Source: a virus. From it: 47,532 nt of DNA. The position numbers and the translations under genes were made by a program. Under the pieces are notes generated by a model. It saw only the letters and a program-made list of their open reading frames with translations, had not been told where the DNA came from and searched no databases. Numbering within the stretch: position 1 is the first letter of the stretch; every line of letters starts with the position of its first letter. Of this stretch, positions 46,501 to 47,532 are shown in pieces. The stretch lies in IMG/VR virus record IMGVR_UViG_3300046789_000012; one strand, written 5' to 3'.

Positions 46501-47532
46501 ACCATCGACGGAATCGCGACAGCGCCCGCCGACCGCGTGTTATTGACCTCGCAGACAAGCGCGGCCGCAAACGGAATCTATCTAACCGCCGCCGGCTCAT
46601 GGGCCCGCGCAGCCGACGCTGACAGCTCTGCTGACGTCACCGCGGGCATGTACACGTTTGTCGTCGCCGGCGCAGCCAACGCAGACAGCGGCTGGGCACT
46701 CATCACGCCCGACCCGATCGTGCTCGGCACAACGCCGCTCACTTTCACGCAGGTCACCGGCGCAGGGCAGATCACCGCCGGCGCTGGCCTAACCAAGACC
46801 GGCAACACACTCGACGTCGTCGCGCATGCCGACGGCTCGATCGTCGTCGCTGCTGACAGCGTTCAGCTCGGCGTGATCGCGACCGACGCGCAGCACGGCG
46901 CTCGAGCAGGCGGCACGACGCACGCAGCGGTTATCGCCGCCGGCGCTTCCGGTTTCATGACCGGCGTCGACAAAACCAAGCTCGACGGCGTCGCTACAGG
47001 CGCAGCCGCCGTCGGCAGCACGACGCCGATAGCTGCAGACGTAACCGCGGCCGCTGCCGGCTCGGCTACCACAGCCGCGCGCTCAGACCATCGGCACCAA
47101 GTCACCGCCGGATCGCCTGTTGCTCTCACGCTCGCCGCAGCGACTGCTGACGGCACGAGCACCTCACTCGCTCGAGCCGACCACGTGCACGCGCTGCCGG
47201 CGAGCTCGACCACGCCGACCGCGCTTACCGTAGGCGGCGCAGGCTCGGCAGGTAGCTCGACATCGATATCAAAAGCCGACCACGTGCACGCGATGCCAGC
47301 GACTGCGACGACCGGCGCAGACGGCTTCATGGCGTCCGGCGACAAGTCGCGGCTCGACGCGCTCGTCGCCACCTACAAGACAGCCGTCCGAGTCGCATCC
47401 ACCGGGCACATTCCGAACGTCGACATACCGGGAAATCAGCCGAACGTTGTCGACGGCATATCGCTAGCCGTCGGCGATCGCGTCCTGGTTAAAGATCAGG
47501 TCACGGTCACATACGCTAACAATATTTATTCC
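43543..47532 (+). CDS. Tail fibre protein, N-terminal 1,330 codons (open at the window end; continues at 128)
   Basis: ATGA overlap with the upstream gene. Hand translation of frame 1 from 43543 to 47532 showed no stop. Contains repeated beta modules, GF(M/Q/L)SAxDKxKLDG motifs and DHxH motifs. Not listed in the ORF track because it lacks a stop inside the window. Confidence 0.85.
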   Translation, partial: MSITLTFNQPGAGIPAGSVDRGRTDIKSTGAIGDTRAYPVTITIGNIPATATVDVLLLDEPPESNPLLTELAPETWQLDFDTGCWGPFRVRVTATINDAVVGSVTRRISIRSPGYHIDYPALAERYDPNATAVPTVPSVELTEMNEGSTNRPLVDFHRQLLEAIEGTSGGGGGVIPDGSITEDKLAPELSDNLLRADGTIPFTQDQDAAGHTVGNLGTPTLAGDAVPLWYVQTSFALSGIHMPCRLVATTPVTASNTQVIDGKSTVNGQRILLTAQASPIDNGLYVANDAGAWLRAPDADTSAELMPGLIIFATDGTAYAETGWILASDAPIAIGTSPLTFARFTGAAQVVAGAGLTKNGDTLDVVAHADGSIVVAADSVQVGVLASDAQHGARAGGTQHAAATTAVAGFQSAADKLKLDGVATGAAALASSAPASVGTANAVGAGTTAARSDHVHAHGAQADGTLHAAATTTVAGFQSAADKLKLDGVATGAAALTSSAPAAVAFTGAVGVGTTAARSDHVHAHGAQTDGTLHAAATTTVAGFQSAADKLKLDGVATSAAALSANAPTQITVTTAAVGVETAAAKGDHTHSVSIGAPSALAVGGAQNTGSATSLPRSDHQHAMPDVATTSVAGFLSASDKTRLDGMATGAAALTSTAPVAVDNAAAVLGVGTTAARHDHKHTVSIGTPVALAVGGASGQGSATTLTRSDHTHGLPSLVTTSVDGFMAAADKLKLDGVEAGAQVTSFARVQTALAAATGSVSFNAQRITSVADPSATQDVVTRGYLETLAGTFDAKPSCRLVTTTNITLSGLTAIDGITPSGSDRILVTGQTTASANGLYTAAVGAWARATDADTSAKVSAGLTVRVNEGTLGADTLWILTTNDPITLGTTGLVFAQAPSTADKTKIDGIEAGAQVVTFARVQTALGVASSAVSFNSQKITNVLDPTSNQEVATKAYVDAIAQGLDVKTSVRLVATTNVATLSGSQTIDGIATAPADRVLLTSQTSAAANGIYLTAAGSWARAADADSSADVTAGMYTFVVAGAANADSGWALITPDPIVLGTTPLTFTQVTGAGQITAGAGLTKTGNTLDVVAHADGSIVVAADSVQLGVIATDAQHGARAGGTTHAAVIAAGASGFMTGVDKTKLDGVATGAAAVGSTTPIAADVTAAAAGSATTAARSDHRHQVTAGSPVALTLAAATADGTSTSLARADHVHALPASSTTPTALTVGGAGSAGSSTSISKADHVHAMPATATTGADGFMASGDKSRLDALVATYKTAVRVASTGHIPNVDIPGNQPNVVDGISLAVGDRVLVKDQVTVTYANNIYS
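44740..45342 (+). repeat. Three in-frame tandem 201-bp repeats (67-aa units) inside the fibre gene
   Basis: Unit starts at 44740, 44941 and 45142. Long stretches are identical (gtcgccgggttccaatcggcggccgacaagctcaagctcgacggcgtcgc at 44761, 44962 and 45163). The third unit diverges in its second half. Confidence 0.9.
47406..47532. repeat. Terminal overlap copy B, identical to 1..127
   Basis: Same 127-nt string as the window start. Confidence 0.95.

Noticed and set aside
43543-47532. Diversity-generating retroelement acting on the repeat-rich fibre
   Set aside because: No reverse transcriptase ORF exists anywhere in the window, and there is no template/variable repeat pair with adenine-specific differences. 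The repeats are ordinary in-frame duplications.

Overview
The window is one complete, circularly closed replicon of about 47,405 unique bp; bases 1..127 repeat exactly at 47406..47532. It is a high-GC tailed phage (roughly two-thirds G+C by eye) with a contractile-tail structural module and a plasmid-style maintenance set. Gene order: a giant repeat-rich tail fibre spanning the artificial window ends (43543..47532 joined to 128..3073); two fibre-accessory genes; a small cassette with an XRE regulator; parA plus a ribbon-helix-helix partner; a short + strand regulatory operon; a Cre-like tyrosine recombinase operon; several small regulators; a TrfA/RepA-like initiator beside iterons, a DnaA box and a GATC cluster; a CI/Cro-like switch; a lambda O/P-like replication module whose initiator gene contains two iteron clusters and an AT-rich GATC island; a RuvC-like resolvase; terS, a fibre-like gene and terL; portal; a multi-domain MuF protein; a reverse-oriented moron; then scaffold/protease, capsid, connectors, sheath, tube, frameshifted chaperone, tape measure and a P2-like baseplate. 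Most + strand genes are chained by ATGA/GTGA start-stop overlaps. Most other long ORFs in the track are Arg/Ala/Pro-rich shadow frames typical of high-GC DNA. I saw no rRNA, tRNA, CRISPR array, transposase, reverse transcriptase or recognisable lysis cassette. The main hypothesis is an extrachromosomal phage-plasmid with two separate replicons (iteron/DnaA plasmid-type and lambda-type intragenic origin), a partition locus and a Cre-like resolvase. All family names come from memory of conserved motifs, not from searches.
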